Source of the DNA: the human T2T-CHM13v2.0 reference genome, Homo sapiens
Assembly: GCF_009914755.1 (NCBI RefSeq)
Contig: NC_060928.1
DNA length: 64,000 nt
Strand: one strand, 5' to 3'
Below the pieces are notes generated by a model. It was not told where the DNA came from. It worked only from the letters and a program-made list of their open reading frames with translations, and did no database searches. Positions 1-18,761 of this stretch are shown here, one piece after another; positions within the stretch are counted from its first letter, which is position 1; the number at the start of each line of letters is the position of its first letter. A program made the translations under genes and the position numbers.

Positions 1-4645
<4,645 letters not shown>

Positions 4646-5849
4646 TTAAAAGTCAAAGCAAACTGGTAAACCATTAGCAAAACCACAAGCTACCATGAAA
4701 AGATACACAAAAGTATCTGGCAACCAAGGTCTAGAGCTGGTTCCAGAGTGTGAAAGGTTTTCTGATTGCTAATAAACCCCATTATGCACACAAGATATCT
4801 TCACTTAGCTGTGTCGTTTCTAAAAAGGCAACAGGGCCCAGAAGTTTCAGTGAGCCAGTCCTGGCAAACCCAAATTATGAAAAATATACCCTCTGCTTAA
4901 AGATTAACTACAAACCTACCCTGGGACCAGCTTGCTTCAGTTAAGTTTAAAATGGTGCCTAAATTGAAATGAAAGTCTGTAGCATAGATAAAGAGAAAAA
5001 AAAAGTCAAATGGAAAAGTAAATTTAAAAGTTTCTATTTCCAATAAACTGCGTCTCAGAAATCTTCCAGGAGATAAAGACTCGGAAGAACAGAGGGATTG
5101 AGACCCATTCGCATTCTCTGAGGCGTGCGCACTACGCGGAAAGGATGAATGAATGGAAGACGGGCGCGTGTGAAATGCAGCAGGTCCGGCCGGCAAGCCG
5201 ACCGGCTACAGCGATCTGTAGGCCTCGCTCCTCCCCCTTCCCTCCTCCATGACAGCCCAGTCCCAAGCATGGAGGGGCGAGGACAATGTGATACCCCTTC
5301 TCACCACCACCATCCCTCATTCTACTTGGAGAGCTTCACCGTGACACACGAGTGTTCCTTCCCACCCCAGACCTTTCTCGCTTCCCCTGGCGCAAACACC
5401 GGCAACTCTCCGGCGCGCTGGATTAACAGACGCTCGCCCCTCTCAACTCCCCTAAGCGAGGTCGAAGCTCCTCCGCGCGTGCCGCGGCACCACTCCCGCC
5501 TAACCCACCCTCCGGCAACACTCGCCCACCAGCTCCCCAGTCCACCGGTCTAAGGAAGACGTGCGCGCGCCCCGCACCCGAGCCCCGGAGCTGGGGTTCT
5601 GCAGGGAGGGAAAGGCTGCTCCAGGGCTCCCTCCTCCATCTCACTCCAGGCCGGCTCGCCGCCCACCCTGCCTGCGGATCCCAGTACTCGCTGGGAGCCG
5701 GCCCTGCGCCTTCCTATCATGAAGACACCATCCTCGCATACCCAGCCCAGAACCCCAGCTACCCTCCACCCTGTAGACACCTCGCGGTTCCGCAGGAGGC
5801 GCCACGCCGCCCCTCCCCCACACCGCTCCCCCAGTTCTCGGGCCCCCAC

Positions 5850-5927
5850 CAGAAAGTGTGCGCTACACGCCGCCTCGGCCATCCTCCGGGACGTCCCCAC
5901 TTGTCCGCGGGAGGTCAGGTCCAACAT
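5850..5927 (-). CDS. EIF4E: EIF4E alternative first coding exon (MLDLTSRGQVGTSRRMAEAACSAHFL)
   Basis: ATG at 5927-5925, 26 codons, then phase-0 donor CTG|GTGGGG at 5849, the same phase as exon 1, so it can join exon 2. The peptide matches my recollection of the alternative N-terminus of a human eIF4E isoform. Confidence 0.82.
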
Positions 5928-6049
5928 GAAGGGGAAGGGGCGGCAAGGGGTACAGTGCGCGCCGGGAACGCCGTCCCGCGGAGTCCCCCAGTCAGAAGGA
6001 AGACGGAGCGCGGGGACCCGTGGGGGTGGGGGCCAAAGGCAATACTCAC

Positions 6050-6067
6050 CGGTTCGACAGTCGCCAT
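6050..6067 (-). CDS. EIF4E: EIF4E coding exon 1 (eukaryotic translation initiation factor 4E, N-terminal MATVEP)
   Basis: Minus strand reads AAG ATG GCG ACT GTC GAA CCG|GTGAGT: MATVEP, the known eIF4E N-terminus. Strong Kozak context (A-3, G+4), consensus phase-0 donor at 6044-6049, inside a CpG island. Remaining exons lie left of the window. Confidence 0.97.
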
Positions 6068-6099
6068 CTTAGATCGATCTGATCGCACAACCGCTCCAG

Positions 6100-6111
6100 A
6101 AGGGGGGGTAA
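6100..6111 (-). promoter_or_regulatory. eIF4E basal element TTACCCCCCCTT (polypyrimidine core element, hnRNP K site)
   Basis: Plus strand AAGGGGGGGTAA (G7 at 6102-6108), about 33-44 nt upstream of the ATG, where a TATA box would sit. Function is recalled from the literature on this promoter. Confidence 0.8.
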
Positions 6112-6137
6112 GAGGAAAAAAATGAGATTCAAACCGG

Positions 6138-6142
6138 ATTGG
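6138..6142 (-). promoter_or_regulatory. CCAAT box (NF-Y site)
   Basis: GGCCAATCCG on the minus strand, between the basal element and the proximal E-box. Confidence 0.6.
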
Positions 6143-6151
6143 CCAGCTTCT

Positions 6152-6162
6152 GGCCACGTGAC
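6152..6162. promoter_or_regulatory. Proximal E-box CACGTG (MYC/MAX, USF)
   Basis: GGCCACGTGAC, core CACGTG at 6155-6160. EIF4E is an established MYC target through promoter E-boxes. Confidence 0.8.
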
Positions 6163-6305
6163 GGATATGTCCGTTTGGCCCTGGCGGCACCTGCGCAAGA
6201 CTGCGGCTGCGTGAGTAACGAGAGGCTTCTGGGAAGTGGAGTCTCTCCCCCACCTTTTTTTTTTTTTTTTTTTTAAGGTAAAGAAATTTTTTTTAAAAAG
6301 GACTG

Positions 6306-6316
6306 GTCACGTGGCC
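6306..6316. promoter_or_regulatory. Distal E-box CACGTG
   Basis: GTCACGTGGCC, core at 6308-6313. Confidence 0.75.
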
Positions 6317-7811
6317 GATGGGTAGGGTGCGCGGTTCTCAACGCGGCGGACACTCGCTTGCTGGAGGGTGGTTTCAGTCCTCTGCTCTTCCGCCTGGATA
6401 GCTGCGGTCACACTTACTGCCAGGCAAGCCTACTGTGCCCTTTGTCGCCCTGTCCTCCCATCTTCCCCGGAAGGTTGGGAACTGCAGGCTCAGCACACAC
6501 AATAAGGCTTCATTTGCTTAGTTGAGGTCCCAGGACAAGTTGCCTGTGTGTTTATTTAGTTTTCTTTTGATCTCCCACCATTTTCTCTTAGTTTCAAAAA
6601 GAGGCGGCGATGCAGAGTCGTTTAGGCAATCAACCCTCCCACGTCCCCTGGCTCAGCTAATGCTGGTGGTCATTCGTTGCCATTTCTGCGAAAGGGGACG
6701 GACGGAACCGCCCGCAGTACCCGCTTGCCACCGGCTGGACGAGGGGGAGGGACGACAGCTTTTACTGTCCCAAATCCTGAGATTAAGACCTCAGGGCTAA
6801 ATCTTGCGTGGCGGTAAAAATTATTTGGAAGTTCTGTGCAACCGTTCCAATATTCCGCTTTTACGTGCACGGAAATAGCCTAAGTCCAGATGCCAGCCAG
6901 GGAAGCCACTCCGGGCCCCGCTGACTAAGCCCTGGACTGATGGTCTGGAGTCTTTAGGCCGGGTCAACTATGACTCTTGACGTTGACTCATTCTCCTTAG
7001 GCGAGTGACTTAATCGCTCGGCGTCTCAGCTTTTTTATTTATGAACCAAAGGTGATGATACACTTACCTCACAAGGGTGTGCTTCGTAATGACTGTAACC
7101 GGCTTTGAAAATGCATCGGACTCTAGAAATGATTCATAATAAGCAACTGCGTGCCTTCCTAAAGATCAAGTGCTTCTGCTTTTTTTTTTTAGCAAAGTTT
7201 AAATTTTTTTCTGTTTACTTTGTTTGATTATGATGTACACCAGTGTAGTTTTAAATGTTCAGGACCATTTTTTTTCCTTTACAACTGCAGCTGCCCTCAA
7301 TAGAGGCTTTAATGTTCATGAAATTATTGTTATGCTCACAACAATCACTGGCAATCAGAAATTTGTCCCCACACTGGCATCCTACATTTCCTTTCCCTCT
7401 AAGATACTGTGCTGTCATTTCTCAAGACCGTGTTTTTTGCACAGTTTGGCTACTAATAACAACAAATAGAGATGAAGAAATCTAGTAGACTCCTAAGGTT
7501 CTAATGAAGAAGACACTGTCTCATTACTATTTCCCATGCTTTTAAATAATGTTGACACCAGGAAAAGGAGTGTATGCAGGCTGCCTGTGCCTGTCTGCTT
7601 ATAGTGTTAATGAGGTCCAGAGCTGTGTCATACCTATTATTGAGTACATAATGGATGCTTGAGTTGACTAACACATAATTGAGGCTGTATGAGAACTCAA
7701 AGCCATTGCCTGTTCATATGTTTTGGTTTACCTGAATATCAGAAGTGATTAATGAAAGCTTTTGTCTAGTGGGCTTAGCTCTACTAGGTTTTAAAGTAGA
7801 TAGAATTAACA

Positions 7812-8134
<323 letters not shown>

Positions 8135-8272
8135 CTACTTACAGAGACTATCTACTGTTACTTAGACTATCCAAAATAATTCTGTTGACCGCGTTGTTAT
8201 TTTCTGCTGGTTAGAAGTGGTGTCAGGTTACCTTCTTTGAAGAGAAAAAGACAGCATAGATGTCCTATTTTC

Positions 8273-8738
8273 CCCTTCCCCACCCTTCCCCACCCTTCCT
8301 CTCCCTTCCCTACCCTTCCCCTCCCTTCCCTTCCCTTCTCTTCCCCTCCCCTCCCCTGTCCTCCCCTCCCCTCCCTCCCCTCCCCTCCCATTCTCTCTCT
8401 CTCTCTCTCTTCCTTCCTTCCTTCCTTCCTTCCTTCCTTCCTTTCTTTTTGTCTTTTCAGGGTGTTGCTCTGTTACCCAGGCTGGAGTGCAGTGGCATGA
8501 TTATGGCTCACTGCAGCCTTGACCTTCTGGGTTCAAGGGGTCCTCCCACCTTAGCTTCCCAAGTAGCTAGGACTACAGGCATGGGCCACCATGCCTAGCT
8601 AATTTTTTTATATTTTGCAGAGACAGGAGCGTCTAGCTATGTTCCCCAGGCTGGTCTCAAACTCCTGGGCTCAAGCGGTCCCCCTACCTGGGCCTCCCAA
8701 AGTGCTGAGATTGCAGGCATGAGCCACCATTCCTGGCC
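8273..8738 (-). mobile_element. AluJ-type element with tail expanded into a pyrimidine microsatellite (8273-8457)
   Basis: 15-bp TSD AGATGTCCTATTTTC at 8258-8272 and 8739-8753 encloses both the (CCCTT)n/(CT)n/(CCTT)n tract and the Alu body. Confidence 0.88.
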
Positions 8739-8894
8739 AGATGTCCTATTTTCATGAAGCTGTTATATAACAGCAAAAAATCAATGAGATTGGCAAGAAA
8801 ATACCTATAGGACTGAAAGCCAGTGATGTTCTTAAAACTTTTTTTAAACAACAGTTTCCATTTTTATTAAATTTTCTGTTAATCAAAAAACTCG

Positions 8895-9204
<310 letters not shown>

Positions 9205-12200
9205 TTACAATACTTATGGATGCTCTATTCTTTATGGTTTAGTTTCTTTCCATTTTTTACATAGTTTTCAACAATTTTTCTTTATAATTTTCAAGCACAG
9301 AGTTTCAGGAAAATCTCCATTTTTGTATATACTTTGTTGTATGTGTTTTATGACCATTAATGTGTCTTTGCCTATTTGAGATTCTACCATTTCAAAGATT
9401 TAACGATTAGGTTTTTATGTATGTGTGTATGTGGTTGTTTTGTTTTGTTTTTGCCAATCCTAAATATATAGAGCTGAAATTTTATGTTTTATTTCTCTAT
9501 TTATTCTCTATTATTCTTTATTGCTCTTCAAAGGACTTGTAATTCCAAGTTCATTTACAGAACTGACCAGAAACCATCCAACAAGTACTAAGTTAGTAAT
9601 GGGAACTATGTAACCAGTGGAGGATATTTAAAGGACACAGGAAGTACAGGCACTTCCTTCCCCGACTGTAAAATCTGGTTGGCGTACTAAGTCATAGAAA
9701 TATAAATAGTTCAGTACCCATATAAAGAGGTGTGACTAAGAACCAAGAGGATGCAGTTAACAAGCACCATAACCAGCACACATTCACATAATGAATGAGC
9801 GAATCATATACTTCCTTCCCTCATTTCATCCAGGCCTCTGTTCCAATGTGATCTCCTGAAGGAAGGCTTCCTTGACCACCCTATCTAAATTACTGTTTCC
9901 ATTACTCTTTATCCCCTCACTCTGCTTTGGTTTTCTTTAGGCCACTTCATAACCCTAACTCTAAACTTGCTGTTAAACATTATTTAATTAGTTGTTGATT
10001 GACCCTACTACTAAAATATTAGCTCATTGATGATTTGTAGATAGATTGCTATCAAATATTTGGGGAAAACTCAAATGTAATTTTTTTTTCCCGAGATGCA
10101 GTCTCACTCTGTTGCCCAGATCTTGGCTCACTGCAACCTCTGCTTCCTGGGTTCAAGCGATCCTCCTGCCTCAGCCTCCCAAATAGCTGGGACTACAGGT
10201 GCGTGCCACCACACCTGGCTAACTTTTGTATTTTTAGTAGAGATGGCCAGCCTGGTCTCGAACTCCTGACTTCGTGATCTGCCCGCCTCGGCCTGCCAAA
10301 GTGCTGGGATTACAGGCCTGAGCCACTGTGAACCCTTATTTTAATTTTACAGTTTGAGAGACACCAATTCCCATTACCTACTCAGGACATTGCTTAAAAA
10401 CATGGGATGTACGCAAACATGACCAAGGAATTTTGAATATTAAAAGATTGGAGCAGAATTGGAATTTAAAAAATTATTTTATTATTCTAGTTAGTTTTTT
10501 GTTTACTCTCTCCTTGGTGATTTTTATGAGACTGAGGCACTACCTACTGGCTAAAAAGGCACCTTGATTTTTAAAAGAAAATCAAGAAAAAGAAAAAGAA
10601 AAAAATTTTTTAAGGGAAACCTCTTCTGCTATTCTAATATATCCGTGTGCCAACATTTTATGCTTTTACAATTATAGGGTGCAAAGAGTTTTTGTTTGTT
10701 TGTTTAGAGACAGGGTATTCCTATACTACTAGGCTGGAGTGCAGTGGCACAATCCTGGCTTACTGCAGCCTCTAACTCTGGGGCTCAAGCGATCCTCCCA
10801 CCTCAGCCTCCTGAACGATGGCTAAGACTACAAACATGTGCCACCATGCCCAGCTCATTTTTTTATTTTTTGTAGAGAAAAGATCTTGTTATGTTGCCCA
10901 GGCTAGTCTCGAACTCCTGGGCTCAAGTGATCCTCTGGCTTTGGCCTCCTAAAACTCTGAGATTATATGTATGAGTCACCCCCAGCCTGCACAAACAATT
11001 TTGAATTCTACATTTTTTTCCACATGACATCTTATTGCAAACATTTTGGACATTGCCTATAGATGGGATAACAGTTTTTAAACTTTTTTTTTTTGGAAAA
11101 ATTTTAAACTTACAGAATACTTGTAATAGTAACTCTTCTTCTAAGCCCTTCTAAATTCACCAATTATTAATTTGTTGCATTGCCTCTCTTAATCTCATTA
11201 CTTCTGAACCATTTGAGAGGAAGTTGCAGGCATGATGATCCTTTACCTCTAAATACTTCAGCATGTTCCTCCTATGAATAAAGACGTTTTCTTACAGCAC
11301 CGTAATACAAATAATGAAATCATGAAATATAATAGTAGTTTTATCTAAAATAAAAACCATAAAATCAATATTCGTATTTTGCCAGTTTCTTCACTCATTT
11401 TGACAGAAATACTACAAAAATAATATTGTATTCTTCCTGGTGCATCACATCATCGGTAACATTAGTGGCTTCAGAATATTCTGCTGAGTGGATATATCAC
11501 AGTTCCCTTAATCAGTTCCAAATGGTTACATATTCAGGTAATTTCCAGTCTTATATTATTATAATGTTCTAATGCATACATTTATGAGAAATGTGTTTTC
11601 CTATTTAGATGATTTCCTCAGGACAATTTTTCATCAATAGAATTAGTTTATAGGATACATAGTTTTGACTGTTTATACATAATGGAATTCATGTTGCTCT
11701 CCAAAAGTGTGGTATCGGCATGAGATGTCACAGCCAACTTATCAGTGTTGGGTGTTAAAGGAATTAAAAGAATGTATCGTTAATGATTCTTGTTGCTAGT
11801 TTCAATATTTACTTATTCACAGCCTTTACCTTTGTTCCATTACCTGTTATTTTGGAAATGTTGAAATCTACAAAAAATTTGAAACAATACAACAAACACT
11901 TATAAACCCTTCACCTAGATTCTCTAGTTGTTAATCTTTGAATCAATAAGGATTGATAAGGGCTGGGCGTGGTGGCTCACACCTGTAATCCCAACACTTT
12001 GCGAGGCCGAGGAGGGTGTATCACTTGAGCTCAGGAGTTTTGAGACTAGCCGGCCAACATGGAGAAACCTCATCTCTACTAAAAATGCAAAAATTAGCCA
12101 AGCATGGTGGCGTGCACCTGTAGTCCCAGCTATTCAGGAGACTGAGGCAGGAGAATCACTTAAACCCAGGAGGCGGAGCTTGCAGTGAGCTGAGATCGTG

Positions 12201-12998
12201 CCACTGCACTCCAGCCTGGGCGACAGAGTGAGTCTGTCTCAAAACAAACAAACAAATAAGGACTGATAAGAATACTGATGTAATTTTGAAAAGTATGTAG
12301 TAGCCAAGGGGCCTGTCACATATGGAAGAGTTATGGAAATGGTTAATGGAACATGGAGTCTCTAGGTGCAATATAGATGGGCAGCCAAGAAGGGTATTAT
12401 TCAATTTACACTACGAAAAAAAAATAAATAAGTAAAAATTAGGGCCAGGTGAAGTGACTCATGCCTGTAATCCCAGCACTTGTGGGAGGCCAAGGCAGGA
12501 GGATTGCCTGAGCCCACCAACCTGGGCAACACCGTAAGCCCCAGCCTCTAAAAAAAAATAAACATAAAAATAAATGATGGATGATAAGGAGGCCATAGGC
12601 AGTTGTACCAATAAAACATCAAAATCTCCTGCCAAGTTCCTGGACCTGAGCCAATTTTTAGACCCAAAATCCATTGACTGAAGAAGTTAGGTGCGAGGGA
12701 GAAAGGAACCGTGGCAAGCAATGGGGTTAATGATTCCCCAGTTCTTCCCCCAAAATGATCTATGGCTGTTTACTTGTGCAACTGTATGCTTTGTAAAGGG
12801 GAACACCCAAGCAGTTCTAATACTGCCGGACTCAGGTTTGACTTGACATTGATACCCAGAGCCTGAAGTACTATCCTAGCCTTCCTGTTTAAGTGAGGAT
12901 ATACGGGGTTCAGGTAATACATGAAAAGCAAATAAAAATGGAAGGTCCAAAATTCCTTAAATGTCTTTTAAGCAACATTAATAGGAGACTATTATATA

Positions 12999-13668
<670 letters not shown>

Positions 13669-13918
13669 CTGGGAAACCAACAGATGTGTCTTCTGTAATG
13701 AAAACCACACAGAATCTGTAGAATGTAGTGGTCAACGATTTTGTAGATTTGAAATGAAGAGGGAATAGCTGTTTTACTCTCTGGGAGAAGACTATCTGTA
13801 AGAGACTTCCAGGCTAATGAAATTGGTAAGGTACTGGCCAGGCATGGTGGCTCACGCCTGTAATCCCAACACTTTGGGAGGCCGAGGCGGGCAGATCACG
13901 AGGTCAAGAGATCGAGAC

Positions 13919-14648
<730 letters not shown>

Positions 14649-16679
14649 TCAAAAGAGAAGGAAGGAAGGAAGGAAGGAAGGAAGGAAAAGAAATTGGTGA
14701 AATTGGTACTGACATGAAATTACAAAGTGCATTTTAGTCTAAATAAATAAGAAAGAAAAATAAGGTATCAGAGGAATCTGAGACAAGAGAAAGTTGGCTG
14801 GAGATAGTTAAAATATTTCTAAGGCCCAGTCTCTTGAGATAGACCTGTAGCCAATAATTTACATAATAATAACAAAAATGACAAGGGAGTGAGTAAACAA
14901 GTAGTTCACAGAGCTAAAAGCAAGGCATGATGCAAGGTGTGAATGGAATTAGTAAGTAAAATGTGTTGCCTGGGTATGTAGAATTTGATATTTGTTTTAA
15001 CAAATTTAAAAACTGTCAGCTGCTACTTTAAGTGGAGACAGAATTTCCCTTTAGCACATTTTTATTCTGAGAAGAATCACAGTAGTGGCTGCTTTTAGTT
15101 ATGTAAATGTATGGGCAAAAGCATAATTGCAAACTAGGGCTGCTGGTAGACTGCTCCACTTCTCTAATTCTCTCTTCAGCAGCCAAGTAGCTTGGTATTA
15201 GGATAGTCCTCTTGGACTAGTAAGTTTCTAGGCTTTTTAATTAATTCAGAGGGAAATGCGACAACAGAAACTACTTCCCCAATAATGAGTGGAAAGTACC
15301 AAAATTAAATAAATATAACTGAGGTGTAATTTTAGGGAAGAACAATTGGATTGTGATTTCAACCAAGGAATGTAAAACTATGTGGTTGCAATATATTCTG
15401 CCTGAACTAAAAAAGTGCTTTAGCAGAGGAAAGGAAATTGGTAGTAGTCTCCCTGTCATGTTGAAAAGGAAAGTCCAGAAAGATTTGGCTGTGTGTTGCC
15501 TGCACTACTCGGGGCCCTAGAATACAAATATGGTAGCTGACTCATGGGGTAAGTATCTCCCTATGTCAGACTAGGAAAGTTAGTGACACTTATCATTATT
15601 GAATAGGTTATAAAACTCAAGAACAGGACAGGTGTGGTGGTTCATGCCTGTAATCTCAGCACTCTGGCAGGCCAAGGGAGGAAGATGACTTGAGCCCAGG
15701 GGTTTGATACTAGCCTGGGCAACATAATTTTAAAAAATAAATTAATTTTTAACAATAAAATAAATAAAATACATAACCTCAAGGACAACCTTATAAAATT
15801 AATCCTGATAATTGCTCCTAGATGAATGCTGATGAAGGTAAGTGAATTCTAAAAACAGTACTAATCTCCCTTCTACCTCACCAAATATGTTTCTTTTCCT
15901 GAATTCTTTATCCTGGTTAATTATAAAATCATCTTCCAGTCACTCCTTTCCTAAAATCTTGTCATCATCTCTCCAATGATGGTCACTCTTTCATCCTCCA
16001 CATCCAGTAAATCAGCAAGGTTTAGCAATTATTATTATTATTATTTTTCAAGACGGAGTCTCCCTCTGTTGCCCAGGCTGGAGTGCAGTGGCTCAATCTT
16101 GGCTCACTGCAACCTCCGCCTCTTGGGTTAAAGTGGTTATTGTGCCTCAGCCTCCCTAATAGCTAGGACTACAGGCGCGCCCCACCATGCCGGCTAATTT
16201 TTGTATTTTTATTAGAGACAGGGTTTCACCATGTTGCCCAGGATGGTCTTGAACTCCTGACCTCGAATGATCCACCTGCTTCAGCCTCCCAAAGTGCTGG
16301 GATTACAGATGTGAGCCACCATGCCTGGCCATATTTTTATGTTCTCAAGTATTCCCTCTCCTCTTCATTCTCACTGTCTTAGTGTAGTGGACATCTATAT
16401 ATCTATAGTTCAGCTTTCTTTTTGTAATACTTGCAATTCTGATCTTTTGGGGACCTATTCCTTCTCACTCTAACCATGTGGTTCTACTGGGACTTGCCTC
16501 ATGGTTCCCCTTACACCATTATTGGAGGCACATGACCTGGGTGGAAAATTAGAAGGAGTCATAACTGAAAGGGTGAATGCAGACACTTCACTTTATACAA
16601 GTCAAGGTTATCGTAGTGGTCATGGTGGATGACTTCTCAACAAGAGTCTCTCACAATGATTAGTCTAAGTCAGAAGTCA

Positions 16680-16879
16680 CCATACTGTGGACATTTAGGG
16701 TCAGATAATTCTTAGTTGTGGAAGTTGTTTTATGTATTGTGAGATGTTTAGCAGTATCCCTGGCTTCTATCCTTTAGATGCCAGTGCACCCTTTCTCTAA
16801 GGTGTGACAACTAAAAATACTCCAGATATTGCCAAGTGACTCCTAGACAGTGAAATCATCTCAGGTTGAGAACTACTGG
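16680..16879. mobile_element. MER20 (hAT-Charlie) DNA transposon
   Basis: GACATTTAGGGTCAGATAATTCTT...TTTAGCAGTATCCCTGGC...GGTTGAGAACTACTG resembles the MER20 consensus. Confidence 0.72.
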
Positions 16880-17939
16880 CCTAAACTATTTGTGGCAATC
16901 CTATTGCTTATTTCATTGGTCTCCAAAAACAGGCCAATGTAAGGTGTAAAAGTTTTGTCCACTAGAGGGCTTCTGGGAAGGTTTCCACAATCCTGAGAAA
17001 GTCGACTGGAATTAAGAGCATTTTCTTGAGAGAAGTTGTTTTTATGTGAATACTTAAACTGGCTGCAGTCAACATGGAGGGGGAAATGGAGAAATAAGGA
17101 ATGTAAAGTAGGAGATAGAATAAATTTTACTCCTTAACTGTTGAGCCGATGACTTCTCTGCATGAGCCTAAAACAATCTTATCTCTGTACTACCACTTAT
17201 TTTTGAGTATATATGTATGTACTAAAAAAAAAAAAAAAACAGCTCAAATGGGAGTGTACTGTACATGCTTTGTGTTACTTCTTTTTACATATTTGTAGGT
17301 GATGCTTTCATATAAGTATATAGAAAGCTGCCTAATTCTTTTCATTGACTGCAAATTATTTCATTTCATAGATAAGGAATAATTCATCTAACCAGTATCT
17401 TGGAGTCTTTTATGTGTGTTTTTTTTTAAAAAAAAAACAAAAACAAAAACATTTTTTCTAATGCAAAGAATGGTTCCATAACTTTCCATTATACACAAGT
17501 CATTGGAATAGACTTGAGAAGAGGAATTATTAAGACGGACGCCATGGCTCATGCCTGTAATCCTGACACTTTAGGAGCCCGAGGAAGTGGATCACTTGAG
17601 CTCAGGAGTTTGAGACCAGCCTGGCCTACGTGGTGAAACCCCGTCTCTACTAAAAACACAAGAAAATTAGCTGGGCGTGATGGCACACACCTGTAATCCC
17701 AGCTACTCAGGAGGCTGAGGCAGGAGAATCACTTGAACCCAGGAGGAGGAGATTGCAGTGAGCCAAGATCATGCCACTGCACTCCAGCCTGGGTGACAGA
17801 GTGAGACTCTGTCTCAAAAAAAAAAAAAAAGACAAATTATTAGGTGTGCATGTGTGATTTTCATAGATATTATAAAATATCCTGGGAAGAGATTGAATTA
17901 ACATTCTCATTATCAACATATGGTAGCCTCATACTCTGA

Positions 17940-18263
<324 letters not shown>

Positions 18264-18308
18264 TAATTTCATGAAATACTATATGCAATGTAATTTCAGT
18301 TTATATAA

Positions 18309-18737
18309 TAAAACTTGTCAGAATGAAAATGGAATCATTTGTGTAAAACCCTGGCAAATGGAAGGCCTTGAAAGGAGGGTTGTCACGCATGTATGCCTAA
18401 TAACAAGAACTATCACAAAAGATAGCAAAAAACATGACCTTACACAGAGGCTACTTCAACCTCATACAAAAAATACTTCTGTGAAAAATAAAAATACTTC
18501 TGTGAGCACATGTGCTGAGCAACTGCCTGTCCAACCTTGGACTGACACCATCCTCGTTATTGGTCTCTGTAGGCAAAGATAATTGTTTCAAAATAGTTAT
18601 GTAATCCCCCTCATTTTTCACTGAAAAACCCTTTTACCTCCCAGAACATGCTCCCTGTATTCCCATTGCAAGGCTCAATCCCCAAAACTATCATTTTCTT
18701 TTATAGAGTCTCTCTCTGCCTGTTATTTAGGTTGACA
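18309..18737 (+). mobile_element. 5' LTR of the provirus
   Basis: Starts TAAAACTTGTCAGAATGAAAATGG (3' LTR: TGAAAGTTGTCAGGATCAAAAAGG) and ends GGTTGACA. Confidence 0.82.
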
Positions 18738-18742
18738 TAATC

Positions 18743-18761
18743 TGGTGTCAAGAAGTGGGAC
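18743..18761 (+). promoter_or_regulatory. Primer-binding site complementary to tRNA-Leu 3' end
   Basis: TGGTGTCAAGAAGTGGGAC versus expected TGGTGTCAGAAGTGGGAT (one inserted A), 5 nt after the LTR CA terminus. Confidence 0.75.

Larger units (their letters stand above)
5130..7025. promoter_or_regulatory. EIF4E: CpG island / EIF4E promoter
   Basis: GC-rich and CpG-dense against AT-rich flanks, spanning both first exons. Boundaries estimated by eye. Confidence 0.9.

Noticed and set aside
5550-5849. Continuation of the 125-aa ORF beyond HFL, and other 5.0-6.9 kb ORFs
   Set aside because: Read-through past the splice donor into a GC-rich intron or promoter, where stop codons are rare by composition.
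6068-6253. 62 open codons in frame upstream of MATVEP starting at GTG
   Set aside because: Runs through core promoter elements upstream of the likely main start site; the open frame is explained by GC content.
7162-7172. AAGATCAAGTG matching U2 snRNA
   Set aside because: Only 11 nt, no further homology or TSD.
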